Shown here in pieces: positions 40,617 to 51,547 of a stretch of 64,000 nucleotides of DNA. Source of the DNA: Pelagomonas calceolata (taxonomy: Eukaryota); the NCBI GenBank assembly GCA_918797485.1, contig CAKKNE010000003.1, forward strand, positions 1,736,001 through 1,800,000. Reading direction: 5' to 3'. The notes beneath the pieces were generated by a model, which made no database searches, was not told the origin of the DNA, and worked only from the letters and a program-made list of their open reading frames with translations. The translations under genes and the position numbers were made by a program. Position 1 is the first letter of the stretch. The number at the start of each line of letters is the position of its first letter.

Positions 40617-41375
40617 ATGCGACTACTCGTCGCATGGCTGCTCACCACAGCAGCAGCTCTCACAACGTACGCCCCACCACCACTGCGAGTCCTCGAGACG
40701 CCGACACGAGACGAAGTCGACGCCTGCGCCGCCACGATGTGCGAGGGCTTCTGGACGACGTCGCAGCTCACGCCCGCCCAGATCGCCGCGCTCCACAAGA
40801 CGCAGAGCGATGATTTTCGGACGCGTTTCTCCGGCAAGCGGCGGCTGCGGGGCTCGCTGCTCGTGGTGCCCGACGACGACGAGGGCGTCGCGGCGATGGC
40901 GTCGCTAGAACTTGGATTAGTAGATGTGGTGGCGCGGGCCGTGCTCCCGCGCGATGATGCCGAACGAAAGTTTATAGCGGCGCTGGGCCGCCTCACGACG
41001 CGCGACCGGAACATCTTGCTGCGCGCGCCGATCCAAGAAGTTTGTGGGACGCTCTTCGACGGCAACGTAAGAGTCGTGCCACTCGTGTCCAACGTGGCAG
41101 TGCTGCCGACGAGCCGGCGGCGCGGCCTCGGACGCCGCGTCATGCGCGCCTGCACCGATCTGGCCGTCGACTGGAACTACGACGAAGTGGTCCTCGAGGT
41201 CGAGGCCGCGAACCGCGCGGCGGGCGCGTTGTACGACAACATGGGCTACCAGGAGCTCTGGCGCGACACGCGGAGCGCTCTAAAGGTGGATGCATCCGTC
41301 GAGCAGGGCCCGCCGCTGCGGCGGCGGCCGGACGTCGAGCACGTGGCCATGTGGCGGGGCGGACTGCTCTCTTAA
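40617..41375 (+). CDS. GNAT N-acetyltransferase with N-terminal signal peptide (probably plastid)
   Basis: VSNVAVLPTSRRRGLGRRVM (acetyl-CoA motif A) and LEVEAANRAAGALYDNMGY. Confidence 0.88.
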   Translation: MRLLVAWLLTTAAALTTYAPPPLRVLETPTRDEVDACAATMCEGFWTTSQLTPAQIAALHKTQSDDFRTRFSGKRRLRGSLLVVPDDDEGVAAMASLELGLVDVVARAVLPRDDAERKFIAALGRLTTRDRNILLRAPIQEVCGTLFDGNVRVVPLVSNVAVLPTSRRRGLGRRVMRACTDLAVDWNYDEVVLEVEAANRAAGALYDNMGYQELWRDTRSALKVDASVEQGPPLRRRPDVEHVAMWRGGLLS

Positions 41376-41558
41376 GTAATTGTTGTTGTTTTCTTTCCGC
41401 GTCGCGGCGACGGCGTGGGGCTTGACTGATTCGACCGTCTCAAAACGGGTTTTTGCTGCCAAAACCGGTGGCGAGTTTACGACGGCCAGCCATGCGGGCC
41501 TGACGACCAGAGATTGGTTTTAGTAGCACGATGCCGTAATCCATCGAAAATCGCATCC

Positions 41559-43061
41559 ATGCGGGCCGTCAATTGCGCACTGCTGCTCCTAGCCGGCAGC
41601 CAGGCTGAAGACCATTTTTTCGCCACCGACGCGACGACAGCGATCCAGCGACTGCGCGCGGCATTACCGCACGACGCGGCCGCCTGCACACGCGCGACGG
41701 CGCCGGACGCCCGCGTCGCCTGCGCCGAGCGCGCGTTTCTGGACCGCGCGGCGGGTTGGCTCGACTGGCACGCGGCGTTCCGGAGCGCTCCATGCCCCAA
41801 TTTCTGCGCGACGTGCGCAAAAACGAGCTTCGCGTACCAGGGCCACCGGCGGTTCCGCAAGGGCTACGGCAACCACGTCTTCGCGTCGCTGCGCGCGCTG
41901 GTCGTGGCGATCCAGCAAAACAAGAGCGCCGTGCTCGGGTTTGATGATGCGACGCGGGCGCTCAACACGCCTCATTTGAGGTACGACGACGCGAGCGTCT
42001 GGACGCTCGACGCGCTCCGGCGCAAGTACGTCTTGTGCCGGTGCGCGCCGGCGGTACGTACCGACCGACCGCACCAGGCCCTCGCGCACCTGCCGGGCTT
42101 GGGATTCGACGAGCGCCTGCCGCTCGCGGCCTCGGACCCGACGAAGGGCGCCGGTTTAGTGGACGTTTTGGGCTGGGCGGCGACGGGCCTCTCATCTACA
42201 CGCGTCGGCGGCGACGCAACGACGTGCGGCCGCCGCGTGGGCCACTCGGCGCTGCGGCCGGCCTTCGACGAGTTGGTGGGGGCGCCGAACGCGTTCGGGC
42301 TCCTCTTCTACGCGTTCTTCCGGCCCGCGGCGCCCATCCGGGCCTACGTCGCCAAGGCGCTGGAGCGCAGAGCCTTCGACGTCGCCGTCCACGTCCGCAT
42401 CTCGGCGCGCGAGAACAAGACGCTCCCGCTCCAGCGCCGCGGCCGGCGCCGGCGACGCACGCCGCAGCGGCGCTTGCAAGAGACCGAATTCGTGCGGCTC
42501 GAGGCCCAGCCCTGGTTCGATGCTTTAGGTCGAGCGCAGCTGCCCCGGTTGTTGCTGGCGGCGGGACGTGTGTTGCGGGACGCGCCGCGGCTCGGGGTCT
42601 TCTCGGACCGGCCTCACATAAGCCGCGCCCTCGCTGCGCGCCTGCCCGGCGCCGTGGCGCTGGATTCCGAAGCCGACGCCCGAACTCTTGGCGACGGCGT
42701 CGCGGCGCTGACTTCCCAAGGCGACGGGCTCCGGCCTGCGGACTGGGGCGCGGCGCCGCGCTGGGCGGCGCTCGCGGACCTCTACCTCCTCTCATCGGCG
42801 GGCACGGTGGCCTGCGCGGGCCCCTACGCGCCGTCGACCTTCTGCGAGCTCGCCGCGGCGCTGAGCGCTGTGCGCGTCGGGCTGAAGTCTCCTCGCACAC
42901 GGACGGGGGCGCTCTGGCGGTCCGGCCGCAACGCGTCGCAGTTCCCCGCGCTGGTCTGGTGTCCCGCCGTGGCCCGCGAGGACTCCGACGATGTGTCTCG
43001 AAGGCGGCGGCGGCGGTGGGCCGCGGCGCCGAGGTGCTGTGAGACGACGTTGCTCGGCTAA
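41559..43061 (+). CDS. Secreted fucosyltransferase-like glycosyltransferase
   Basis: Signal peptide; GYGN, VAVHVR, VFSD and ALADLYLLS...STF motifs shared by alpha-1,2/alpha-1,6/O-fucosyltransferases. Confidence 0.6.
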   Translation: MRAVNCALLLLAGSQAEDHFFATDATTAIQRLRAALPHDAAACTRATAPDARVACAERAFLDRAAGWLDWHAAFRSAPCPNFCATCAKTSFAYQGHRRFRKGYGNHVFASLRALVVAIQQNKSAVLGFDDATRALNTPHLRYDDASVWTLDALRRKYVLCRCAPAVRTDRPHQALAHLPGLGFDERLPLAASDPTKGAGLVDVLGWAATGLSSTRVGGDATTCGRRVGHSALRPAFDELVGAPNAFGLLFYAFFRPAAPIRAYVAKALERRAFDVAVHVRISARENKTLPLQRRGRRRRRTPQRRLQETEFVRLEAQPWFDALGRAQLPRLLLAAGRVLRDAPRLGVFSDRPHISRALAARLPGAVALDSEADARTLGDGVAALTSQGDGLRPADWGAAPRWAALADLYLLSSAGTVACAGPYAPSTFCELAAALSAVRVGLKSPRTRTGALWRSGRNASQFPALVWCPAVAREDSDDVSRRRRRRWAAAPRCCETTLLG

Positions 43062-43084
43062 TAATTTTGTGTGTGACAACAGTA

Positions 43085-43810
43085 TTACATGGCCTCGGCT
43101 CGCTTCTCGCGGAGCCACTTCCGCGTGGCGCGATCCGGCGCCGGGAATGCCTCGGGGGCCATCGGATCCAGGTCCCGCGTCTTCAGCGCGTCGGGCGCGA
43201 GCAAAGCGGCGTCGCTCTGGTCGAAGAACGACGGCCCATACGAATCGAAGGCCGACTCGCCGACGCCGAACGCGCGTCTCCGATTCCTCAGCACAACAAT
43301 CTCCTCGAAGCCGCATCGTTGCCTCAGTTTGGCCAACCTTCTATCGACGTCGCGCCCGTCGCCTCGGAATTGGACGGTCGCGTCGTTTTCTGTGAAATAG
43401 AACTCCAGGTCGCCGCAGCGGATATACCTCCCGTCGACGGTGGCGTCGGCTTCACTACGCAGCGCGACCAAGAGCTTGTCGCGCGCGCTCGTCCAGTCGT
43501 TATCGTCGTAGGCCCACGGTGGCCGGAACGACCGGCCCCCGCGCGCCGCGTCATCTTGTGATGAAATGCACGACGGCGTTTCGGGGCAGCGGTCGAGGAG
43601 GCCGTCCTTGACGCCGAGCGCTCGCGCGGCGCGTGGCCTTGCGACAAGCGCTGCTGCTGCGGCGGCGGCCACGCCGCGGCGTCGCATGCCGCGTGGTTTT
43701 GCAGCTGTGCTTGATGCTGCAGTGCGCGTACAGCTGCGTAACGCGTCGCATCGATGGAAGCAGTACGTGAACTGTAGTGCTATCCAAAGCTGCGCATGTC
43801 TGCGCATCAT
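43085..43810 (-). CDS. DUF1499 family protein, probably thylakoid lumen
   Basis: Signal peptide, RRR + Ala-rich + ARA; LGVKDGLLDRCPETPSCISSQD, DLEFYF, R..KLR...GF. Confidence 0.8.
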   Translation of the reverse strand: MMRRHAQLWIALQFTYCFHRCDALRSCTRTAASSTAAKPRGMRRRGVAAAAAAALVARPRAARALGVKDGLLDRCPETPSCISSQDDAARGGRSFRPPWAYDDNDWTSARDKLLVALRSEADATVDGRYIRCGDLEFYFTENDATVQFRGDGRDVDRRLAKLRQRCGFEEIVVLRNRRRAFGVGESAFDSYGPSFFDQSDAALLAPDALKTRDLDPMAPEAFPAPDRATRKWLREKRAEAM

Positions 43811-44090
43811 GTGCTCGCGCTGCTGCGCAATTTGGCCGGCCGCGCGAGTATTTTTGCTGCTCACCTGGCAGGCTGTGCTCCTGTGCTCTGGCTCTCGACG
43901 CGGCCGCGCCGGGTCGCGACCACTTCAACACCAAATCAAGCAAGAAATGCTATTACACAAGATAAGGAGCGTTCTGGGATGGCTCCAGGCTGGACAAAGC
44001 ACCGGCGTGCCGTGTGGCACGCGATTACGGTGCGGCTTTGCCGCGCGACGATTCAGATCACGCGGTCGGTTTGATTGGCGTCGAATTAAC

Positions 44091-44417
44091 TCAGTCGCAG
44101 ATGCGGTGCATGAGCTCGTCGCGGCTGTTCGAGCGGCGCATCGCCTCGGACGGTTCAGGCTCGTCCGGGAGCTCCTCGGCCTCGTCGCCGCCCTCGAAGA
44201 GACTCGGTAGTAAAGCCGACGCCAGTTTCGCGCCGATTCCGTTCCCCTTCTTGTCGCGCGAGGCCTTGCGCGGCTGGCGCAGGCCCGACGACGTCGGGAC
44301 GATGGGCGCGCCTTTGCGGTCGGCGCCGACGGCGAGGTGGTGCGCCGCGGGCTGGCCGAAGGGCACGAGGGCCGAGGCGAAGGGGACCATGGCCACGAGG
44401 GCGCCGACGAATTTCAT
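44091..44417 (-). CDS. Small hypothetical protein with signal peptide, 108 aa
   Basis: MKFVGALVAMVPFASALVP...; high GC3; flanked by AT-richer intergenic DNA. Confidence 0.6.
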   Translation of the reverse strand: MKFVGALVAMVPFASALVPFGQPAAHHLAVGADRKGAPIVPTSSGLRQPRKASRDKKGNGIGAKLASALLPSLFEGGDEAEELPDEPEPSEAMRRSNSRDELMHRICD

Positions 44418-44715
44418 TTTGGCCGAGTTTTGGCGGCAGCTCTTTTGAGCCGAATATGGCTGGGTTTGAGTCCGGGCTTTCAGCTGGCGGCCTTCGGGGG
44501 TTTCTATTCGACCTACTGACTGCTTCCTGCCTTCACCCAGCGACCTCGGGTGGCGAAACAGGCTTTCTGCTGCCTGCACGTCAGGATACGATTTATACCG
44601 TATCGAAAAAGTACCTCTATCTCAGTAAGATAGGGGGTTCAGGTGACAGACCTGCGCGACAAAGTAAAGTCAACCAGAAAGCTCTTAGCCAGAGGGGGAA
44701 AGGAAGGGACATGGT

Positions 44716-47700
44716 CTACTCGAGCACGAGCGTCGACCGGAACGTCCGCGTGTTCTTGTCGTTGAGCTTGACGTCGATCGCGTCGACGCCCCTAGAACGC
44801 AACATCTCCAACGCGTCCTCGCCGTCCTCGGACAGGACCTCGACGCTCTGGCGGCCGTCGCGGTGTGTGACGAGCGCGTGGACGCCGCGCGGGCTCTGCT
44901 TCTCCACATTCAGTGACCACGCGTTGCGCACGAGCGTCGCGAACAGAGCATCGTCGTCGACGGCCGCAGACACGTTCGCGTAGTACTCGCGGAAGTTTTG
45001 GAGCGAGGCCCGGTCGCCGTCGACCTCGAAGGTCTCCAGGAACTCGCGTTTCGCCGCTTCCCGCGTCCGCGCCCCGGCCAGGACCTCGGGGTGGTTCGCG
45101 GCGTCGTAGGCCTGGACCACGTCTGTCAACGCGACGGAGCCCTCACCTTCGTAGTCGAGGGCGTCGAAAGCGGCATCCACTAGCACTTTCCGAGTCTCCG
45201 AGAGATCTCCCCTCAACTTCGTGACGAGGTCGTCCGCCGCGGCTAAAGCCGCCGCATCATCTCGCTGTAAAGCTAATGTATCACACAAGACGCCCGCCTT
45301 GTCGCCACCGCTCCTTAGTTTCCTAACCATGCCGTGGACGCCGCGCGGGCCGAGGAATCTGAGCTTCGACCTCGCTTTCCGCAGAATTTTATTGATGTCC
45401 ACACGTGGTAGTTCCTCAGTGACGTAGGGCGGTTTTGATGTGGAACGAGGCGGCGGCGGCGGCAGCGGCGCGTGGCCGATGGACACGTTCGAGTCGAAGG
45501 CGTTCGTCCGGTAGCCGCCGACCCGTCTCCCACTCGATTTCGGTCTAGCCCCCCCGCCGGCCGCCGCGTGGCGCCGGACGTCCCGGAACGTCTTTGGGGT
45601 GTTGTTGTCCGCGAGTTTCGCCACCGACTTGCCGCCGGGGCCTTCCACACTGATGCAATCGATGCCCTGCGCTCGTAACTTCTTCAAAATTATATCAGCG
45701 TCTCTCGGCATCTGCAAACCAAGGTCGTCCTCGACGCATTCCACCGATCTAGTATTATCGGAATGAGTCACTAAAACTCTCAAAGCCGTCGTGGACTTGG
45801 CACCCATGTGCCAGGCGTTGCGCACCATCTGGACGAAGTAGGCATCGCTATCAATAGAACAGGATACGTTATGGTAGTAGTTCCGGAATTCTTGACGGGT
45901 CACTCGGTGATCCTTTGTACCGCCCACATCGAAGGTATCTAGGAAGTCCCTATAGACGTCTTCTTGCGTGCACTTGCCTTGTAATACATCAGGATGCTGG
46001 GACGCGTCAAATCTGGACGCGATTTCATCTGGTAATATAGAGCCGTCCTTGTCCAGGTCCAGAATGTCAAAGGCCGCATCTATGATATCGATTCTTGGTT
46101 GCGATAGTGGGCCCCTCACATTTGATAGGAATTCTTCATAGGATAATGACCCGCTGCCGTCGCGGTCGAAGTGATCAAATAGAACCCTTCTTTCTTGAGC
46201 TGTTAACTCCGCTAATCCGAGTTCGTTGATGGCCTTGTTGAATTCTGAGTGAGATAACTTCCCGTCGTTATCATCATCACAAATTCTGAATTTTCGGCCT
46301 AAGCCCGCAATACCTCTAGCGCCGTGGGATGCCAATTGCGTCCGCAGATCAAATAACAGTCGAGCGACGCCCGGATCCATCTCCCTGACAGTAGACCGCG
46401 GCTTCGGCTTCACGACTTTCTCCCGTCGATCGTCGCCGAAACTCACTTCGCCGACCCTCCTCAAGGGCACGCCGGCGCTTCTCACGGGTGACGTAGGTTT
46501 CCGCTCGAAGGACGCCAGAGGCTTCACTACGGAAGGTTTGGCATTGGGTGTTTGCCAAACATCATTCACGACGGCCAGGAAGTATTCACCGTTCGGCGCC
46601 GCGGCACAGACGCCCCGATGATACGCCAGGAAATCGTCCATTTGTGCCGCTGAACCAGGCACGTCGAACGTGTCCAAAAAGGCAGCAAACTGCTTCTTCT
46701 CATTGGAACGACCGGCCACGACCTCGGGGTGCCTACTCGCATCAAAGGCCTGGGCGACGCGCTCGGGAGGTACGCTCTCGACGTCGCCGAAGCACCTTCG
46801 CCACGTATCCTTGACCGCGAGTAAATTCGATCCTGTTAGAGGTGGTGCCACCAAGGACACAAAAGAAGCGTAGTCGCAGGTGCCCTCGCCTGTTGTGTCG
46901 CAGGCGTCAAACAGTAAGCGTAGTTCTTGTGAGGACAAACCTAGAGATCTACAGCTTCGAGAGAGCTCCTCAAACGTTAAATCCCGCGAGTTATCCGACG
47001 CCTCGTCCCGCAAGCTACGCTCCAATTGGGCAATGCCGCGCGCGCCATTGAACAATACACTTTCCCGTAATTTTTCTACCACTGTCGTGACGCCGGTGTC
47101 GACGCGCGGCGCCGGCGACGCGCCGCGCCGCCTTCGTAACGGCGTCGACTTGCCGGGTAATGACGGGCCGCCCGTCGCATTGCCTCCTTGAATGACCTTG
47201 CGACCTCTTTGAGGTGATGATGCGCCTGCAGCTCGGTTGCTTTCCGTCATCGACGTACGCCAGGCGTTGCGGACGAACCGTTCGAACGTCGCGTCGTCGC
47301 TTATCGCACCCACGGCGCAGTGGTAGTCGCAGAAATCTTCCACGGACGCACTTCCACTGAACGCAGCTAGTAAATCGTCGACCGCGTCCTGCGGCGACTG
47401 CTTGCCACGAATGACGTCGGGATGCCTTGAAGGATCAAAGGCCGCGATGAGCGACTGCGGGGCCACTCTGTTTAAGTTATCAACATCTAAGCGCGAGAAC
47501 GCGCTCTGCGCGAGGTTTCTTCTCTGAGTAGTGAGTGGCGGCGTCAGCGCCTCCAAGCAAGCTCTTAGCGGCGCGCGGCCCTGGCTTTGCAAACCCTCGA
47601 AGACGCCCCGCAATTGCGCGTCCGTCGCGTCGCTTGTACTGATACCGGCGTCGCGGCACGACGCGAGGAAGCCATCTCGACTGACTTCACCATTGGTCGC

Positions 47701-49950
47701 CCGCGCACTCAACCGTCTCTTCAGAACGATGAAGCCGCGCGCGCCCCGCCTACACATCGCCTCCACGCAAGCCGGCGTGACGTCCGTATTGTCTACGGGT
47801 GTAGAAGGTTCCTCGTAGTGCGCCGTCGGCGAGTCGACGGCCACACAATCAATGCCCTGCCCCCTGAGTCGTCGCAGAATCTCGGGAGCGTCCCGAGGCA
47901 TCTGCAAGCCCAGGTCGTCCTCGACGCACTCTACCGACTGACTACCGTCCGCATGCGTGACCAGCACCCGCAAATTAGCCGTGTTCGCGCACCAGCCCTC
48001 ACCCCCGCTCAAATGCCACGCATTTCTCAAACAAAGCTCGAAGTAATCGTCGTTATCTATCGAACAGGACACGTTCTCGTAGTAATTCTCGAATTCCGAC
48101 CTCGTCACTTTCCCGTCCACAATACCCCCAACATCGAACGTGTCCAAGAATTCTCTCAATACGTCGTCTTCGGTCTTGTCTCCTTTGAGCACATCGGGAT
48201 GTTGGGACGCGTCGTACTTCCTCACGACCTCTGAGGGTTCGATAATTCCATTTCCATCAGTGTCGAGTACCGCAAAGGCCTGGTCGACCAACGCTCTTCT
48301 TCGATCACCCATGGGACCTCGCACCGTCCGCAGGAACTCGTCGTAGTCCACCTTGCCGTTGCCATCTGTATCGAATTTTGTGTACACAGTATCAAAATCC
48401 TCACAATACACGTCCGCGCGGTGGAGGCACCTCTGCAGCTCCTCCTTGGATAAGACGCGGGAGTGGTCCGCGTCGGCGATTCTGAAGGCTCTTCCTAGAT
48501 TCGTGAGGCCTCTTACCCCTCGCTTCTTCAAGGCTTTACGTAGGGTCTCCAGCGCTTCGTCGCTTGATACTCTCTGATGTTGTACTTCTACTACCGGTAT
48601 GGGCTTTGAGATAACAGGCCCCGCGCCGGACTGCACAGAAACAACATCCAGACCCTGCTTCCTCAACCGATCGATGACCTCGACCGCGTCGCGCGGCATC
48701 TGTAAACCAAGATCGTCCTCGACGCACTCGACTGTCTGAGTACCATCCGCATGCGTCACCAACACTCTGAGATTGGTAGAGTTGGCACACCATCCGACAC
48801 CACCACTTAAATGCCAGGCGTTCCGGATGCAAAGCTCAAATTCATCGTCCAACTCAATGCCCGAACTTACGGAGTGGTAGTAGTTCCTAAATTCTTGTCT
48901 TGTAACTTTCCCATCGACGACACCGCCCACATCGAACGTGTCCAGGAACTCCCGTAAACATTCCTGCTCCGTCTTCTTGCCTGCTAAGACATCTTTATGT
49001 TGTGACGCATCATACTTCGCTACCACTTCAGAGGGCTCCACCACACCGTTCTTGTCCGTATCCAAGACATCGAAGGCCTGATCCACGAGGGCGACTCTAC
49101 GAGCGTTCATGGGGCCTCTTAACTTCGTCAGAAACTCGGCTTGATCGATCACACCGTCGCGGTCCGCGTCAAACGATCTGAATAATAAAGATACTTGTTT
49201 GGGCTCCAACTGACATTGCGACAGCTGCAAGCTGCGTACGAATTCGCCCTCTCTTAATGATCCGGAGCCGTCCCGGTCGGCCAACCGAAAGTTGCGCGCG
49301 AGACTCACGACGCCGCGCACGCCCCGCTCGTTCAGAGCCTTCCTCAGTACTGATAGAGCGTCTTCCGACGAATCGACCTTCTCCTTTGTAACAGCGCGGC
49401 CCCAGACGCTCTCCGCGGTCTGATCGAAGTCGTAATCGGACTCAAATGAAGAGGTGACGCGGTGGAAGGCCGCGAACGCAACACTGGACACGCTATCATG
49501 CTTCACGTAGGGCTGTAAGGCCTCCATCAAATCCGTTTGTATCTGTGAAGGCGTCTTCGCGCCCTTCTCGACCAAGGGATGCTTCTCTGGTTTATGGGCG
49601 CTCAGCAGCCTTGCTAGAGTGATCTCTTCCTCGGAACCGGCGATGCGCCGCCAGACGCCCTCTACCACACTGCGGCGGTGCGGCGACAGCGGCCCGCACA
49701 ACTTGTCGACGAACTCGCCGAAGGCCAGGCGGCCGTCTTTATTCGCGTCCGTGGCCTGGAAGAGGGCCGCGACGTCGACGGGTCTTACTTTGACGCCGGC
49801 CTTCTTGAGGCCCTCGGCGAATTCGGCGGACGTGAGCGCGCCGTCTCCATCTTTGTCCATGCTCCGGAACTGGGCCGCGAGGCCGCCGGCGCCCTTGGCG
49901 CCCGTCGCCGCTAGACTATTTTGCACGTTGATGATGACGCGCGTGAGCAT
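44716..49950 (-). CDS. Multi-module calcyphosin-like EF-hand protein (about 1744 aa, seven modules)
   Basis: Repeated RG.RG...L.R.FR..D.D.SG.L / GPM...R..LVDQAFD.LD / YDASQHPDV..G.KTE..EFL.TFD units. Confidence 0.88.
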   Translation of the reverse strand: MLTRVIINVQNSLAATGAKGAGGLAAQFRSMDKDGDGALTSAEFAEGLKKAGVKVRPVDVAALFQATDANKDGRLAFGEFVDKLCGPLSPHRRSVVEGVWRRIAGSEEEITLARLLSAHKPEKHPLVEKGAKTPSQIQTDLMEALQPYVKHDSVSSVAFAAFHRVTSSFESDYDFDQTAESVWGRAVTKEKVDSSEDALSVLRKALNERGVRGVVSLARNFRLADRDGSGSLREGEFVRSLQLSQCQLEPKQVSLLFRSFDADRDGVIDQAEFLTKLRGPMNARRVALVDQAFDVLDTDKNGVVEPSEVVAKYDASQHKDVLAGKKTEQECLREFLDTFDVGGVVDGKVTRQEFRNYYHSVSSGIELDDEFELCIRNAWHLSGGVGWCANSTNLRVLVTHADGTQTVECVEDDLGLQMPRDAVEVIDRLRKQGLDVVSVQSGAGPVISKPIPVVEVQHQRVSSDEALETLRKALKKRGVRGLTNLGRAFRIADADHSRVLSKEELQRCLHRADVYCEDFDTVYTKFDTDGNGKVDYDEFLRTVRGPMGDRRRALVDQAFAVLDTDGNGIIEPSEVVRKYDASQHPDVLKGDKTEDDVLREFLDTFDVGGIVDGKVTRSEFENYYENVSCSIDNDDYFELCLRNAWHLSGGEGWCANTANLRVLVTHADGSQSVECVEDDLGLQMPRDAPEILRRLRGQGIDCVAVDSPTAHYEEPSTPVDNTDVTPACVEAMCRRGARGFIVLKRRLSARATNGEVSRDGFLASCRDAGISTSDATDAQLRGVFEGLQSQGRAPLRACLEALTPPLTTQRRNLAQSAFSRLDVDNLNRVAPQSLIAAFDPSRHPDVIRGKQSPQDAVDDLLAAFSGSASVEDFCDYHCAVGAISDDATFERFVRNAWRTSMTESNRAAGASSPQRGRKVIQGGNATGGPSLPGKSTPLRRRRGASPAPRVDTGVTTVVEKLRESVLFNGARGIAQLERSLRDEASDNSRDLTFEELSRSCRSLGLSSQELRLLFDACDTTGEGTCDYASFVSLVAPPLTGSNLLAVKDTWRRCFGDVESVPPERVAQAFDASRHPEVVAGRSNEKKQFAAFLDTFDVPGSAAQMDDFLAYHRGVCAAAPNGEYFLAVVNDVWQTPNAKPSVVKPLASFERKPTSPVRSAGVPLRRVGEVSFGDDRREKVVKPKPRSTVREMDPGVARLLFDLRTQLASHGARGIAGLGRKFRICDDDNDGKLSHSEFNKAINELGLAELTAQERRVLFDHFDRDGSGSLSYEEFLSNVRGPLSQPRIDIIDAAFDILDLDKDGSILPDEIASRFDASQHPDVLQGKCTQEDVYRDFLDTFDVGGTKDHRVTRQEFRNYYHNVSCSIDSDAYFVQMVRNAWHMGAKSTTALRVLVTHSDNTRSVECVEDDLGLQMPRDADIILKKLRAQGIDCISVEGPGGKSVAKLADNNTPKTFRDVRRHAAAGGGARPKSSGRRVGGYRTNAFDSNVSIGHAPLPPPPPRSTSKPPYVTEELPRVDINKILRKARSKLRFLGPRGVHGMVRKLRSGGDKAGVLCDTLALQRDDAAALAAADDLVTKLRGDLSETRKVLVDAAFDALDYEGEGSVALTDVVQAYDAANHPEVLAGARTREAAKREFLETFEVDGDRASLQNFREYYANVSAAVDDDALFATLVRNAWSLNVEKQSPRGVHALVTHRDGRQSVEVLSEDGEDALEMLRSRGVDAIDVKLNDKNTRTFRSTLVLE

Positions 49951-50341
49951 GGTGCTTGTTGTGGCAGCTTTGGCTTGTTTGTGCTCTGCCCTTGCGCGTT
50001 TGTGGTGTCGCGGGCTGCGTGTAGGCTTTACGCTGGCGCCTCTTTTCCTTCGGGAGTGCTGCCCTTTGCTTCTGGCCTTTGGGCGAGTGCTCCTGCGACC
50101 AGGAGCGCACCGGGCGGGCAGCTCCCAATTTTCTTGCCAGACGTGCACCCGCACGCGAGCAACGTTGAAGTCCCGTCCGCACGCGTCCGTGGCGCGTTCG
50201 GATGCGTCAAGGACCCTTGGATGCGTAGGGCTGGCTTCGCGCAGAGCTATGCGTTACTTACGGTGCGCGCGCGTCGGCCGGGCGCGAGCAAAGTAACCCT
50301 CCCCCCCGCCGCCGCCGCGCGGTAAGATTCAACTTAGAAAA

Positions 50342-51163
50342 TCAAGCGAACGCCTTCCCCATGTCGTCGCCGCCGAGCGTTCCGAACTCGTACTGCGGGT
50401 CCGACACGTTCCGGAAGGACTCCGTGGGCTGGAGCTCGTCGCTGAAGGCGCCCGACCGGCCGCGGTACGACGCGGCGGGCCCCGCGCCGGGGAACGTCTT
50501 GTGGTGCAGCGACGGGTGGAGGTACGTCGGCGCCGGCACGAGCGCGATGGCGTCCTCCGCGCGCTCGCGCTTGCGCTTCCGGTAGACGAGGAAGGCCATG
50601 ACGTTGAAGACGGCGAAGAGGATCACGAAGAACACGATGAGGAATATGTCTAGTCCCGACAGCCCGTCGTCGTCGTCGTCGTCCTTCGGCCGGGGCGCCG
50701 GCGCGGGCCCGGGCGCGGGCTCCGTCTCGTGGCGCGAGTGGCCGAGGAAGTGCAGGCTCGCCTTGACGTTCACGGGCGCGTTCGAGATGATGCTGCTCTC
50801 GCTGTGCGTGTCGATGATGCGCTGGAGCTCGCCGGACTCGAGCGCGACGCGCATCCGCTCCTTCAGGACCTCGTAGCTCTCCGGCGACGTCACCATGTAG
50901 GGGATTTTGCCGCCCGCCGCGCCGTCGTGCTCGTAGGCCTCGGCGTAGCGCGACGCGTCTCGGTCGAAATATCGGACGTACGTCGAGTCCGGATCGTCGA
51001 AAAAGACGCGCATGAGGACTCCAAACAAATTGATATGTGCGAGCCGGTCGGGGCGATTAAACCGCTCGACGTCGAAGCCGTCGAGGACGATGTGGCTCGA
51101 GAACTCGGTTAGTTGCGCGCCGGCGGTGGCCGCCGCCGCCACGAGCAGCAGGAATCGGCGCAT
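50342..51163 (-). CDS. Type I single-pass membrane protein, 273 aa
   Basis: Signal peptide, Pro/Asp stalk, TM (IFLIVFFVILFAVFNVMAFLVY) and RKRKR stop-transfer. Confidence 0.8.
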   Translation of the reverse strand: MRRFLLLVAAAATAGAQLTEFSSHIVLDGFDVERFNRPDRLAHINLFGVLMRVFFDDPDSTYVRYFDRDASRYAEAYEHDGAAGGKIPYMVTSPESYEVLKERMRVALESGELQRIIDTHSESSIISNAPVNVKASLHFLGHSRHETEPAPGPAPAPRPKDDDDDDGLSGLDIFLIVFFVILFAVFNVMAFLVYRKRKRERAEDAIALVPAPTYLHPSLHHKTFPGAGPAASYRGRSGAFSDELQPTESFRNVSDPQYEFGTLGGDDMGKAFA

Positions 51164-51346
51164 CGTCGCCTCGCCCCGTGATGGTCACTAGGCTTGTGTG
51201 CAAAAAAGTTGCAAGGAGATCAAATCGACACGTGGCGCTCGCCAGACTCTTTGCCCTTACGACGCCACTCACCTCAATTGTCCTCGTCCGTGGCGAGCGG
51301 ACCAACGGCCGTTTTTGCCGCCGACAAGCAAATGCTGGACATCGAG

Positions 51347-51366
51347 CTAGCGCACTGAGACACTAG
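51347..51366 (+). promoter_or_regulatory. CTAG-bounded motif, copy 8 (CTAGCGCACTGAGACACTAG)
   Basis: In the middle of the divergent promoter between ATG 51163 (-) and ATG 51548 (+). Confidence 0.5.
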
Positions 51367-51547
51367 CCTGCTGGCGCTGGCTGAAGCAGAGTGAAACTGT
51401 GCCTTTCAGAGCGTCCCAGTGCAGCATTAGTGCAGGCTGCAGTGGTTTCTGACCTGCGGTGCAATTTGCCAGCAGCGCCGTCCAGTGCGGCAGCATCAGG
51501 CCTGAGTGCAGCGCGCCTGCAGTGCAGCGCGGCATCGCCGCGGAGCG

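Noticed and set aside
44615..44636. Partial matches to the CTAG element (CAGTAAGATA here; CTAGC...CACTAG at 58486-58523)
   Set aside because: Missing one half-site or wrong spacing; not counted among the nine copies.
45650..49600. Lower-GC patches suggesting horizontal transfer or a centromere
   Set aside because: Confined within long, typically eukaryotic genes (calcyphosin-like, SPAG17), so better explained by relaxed codon bias.
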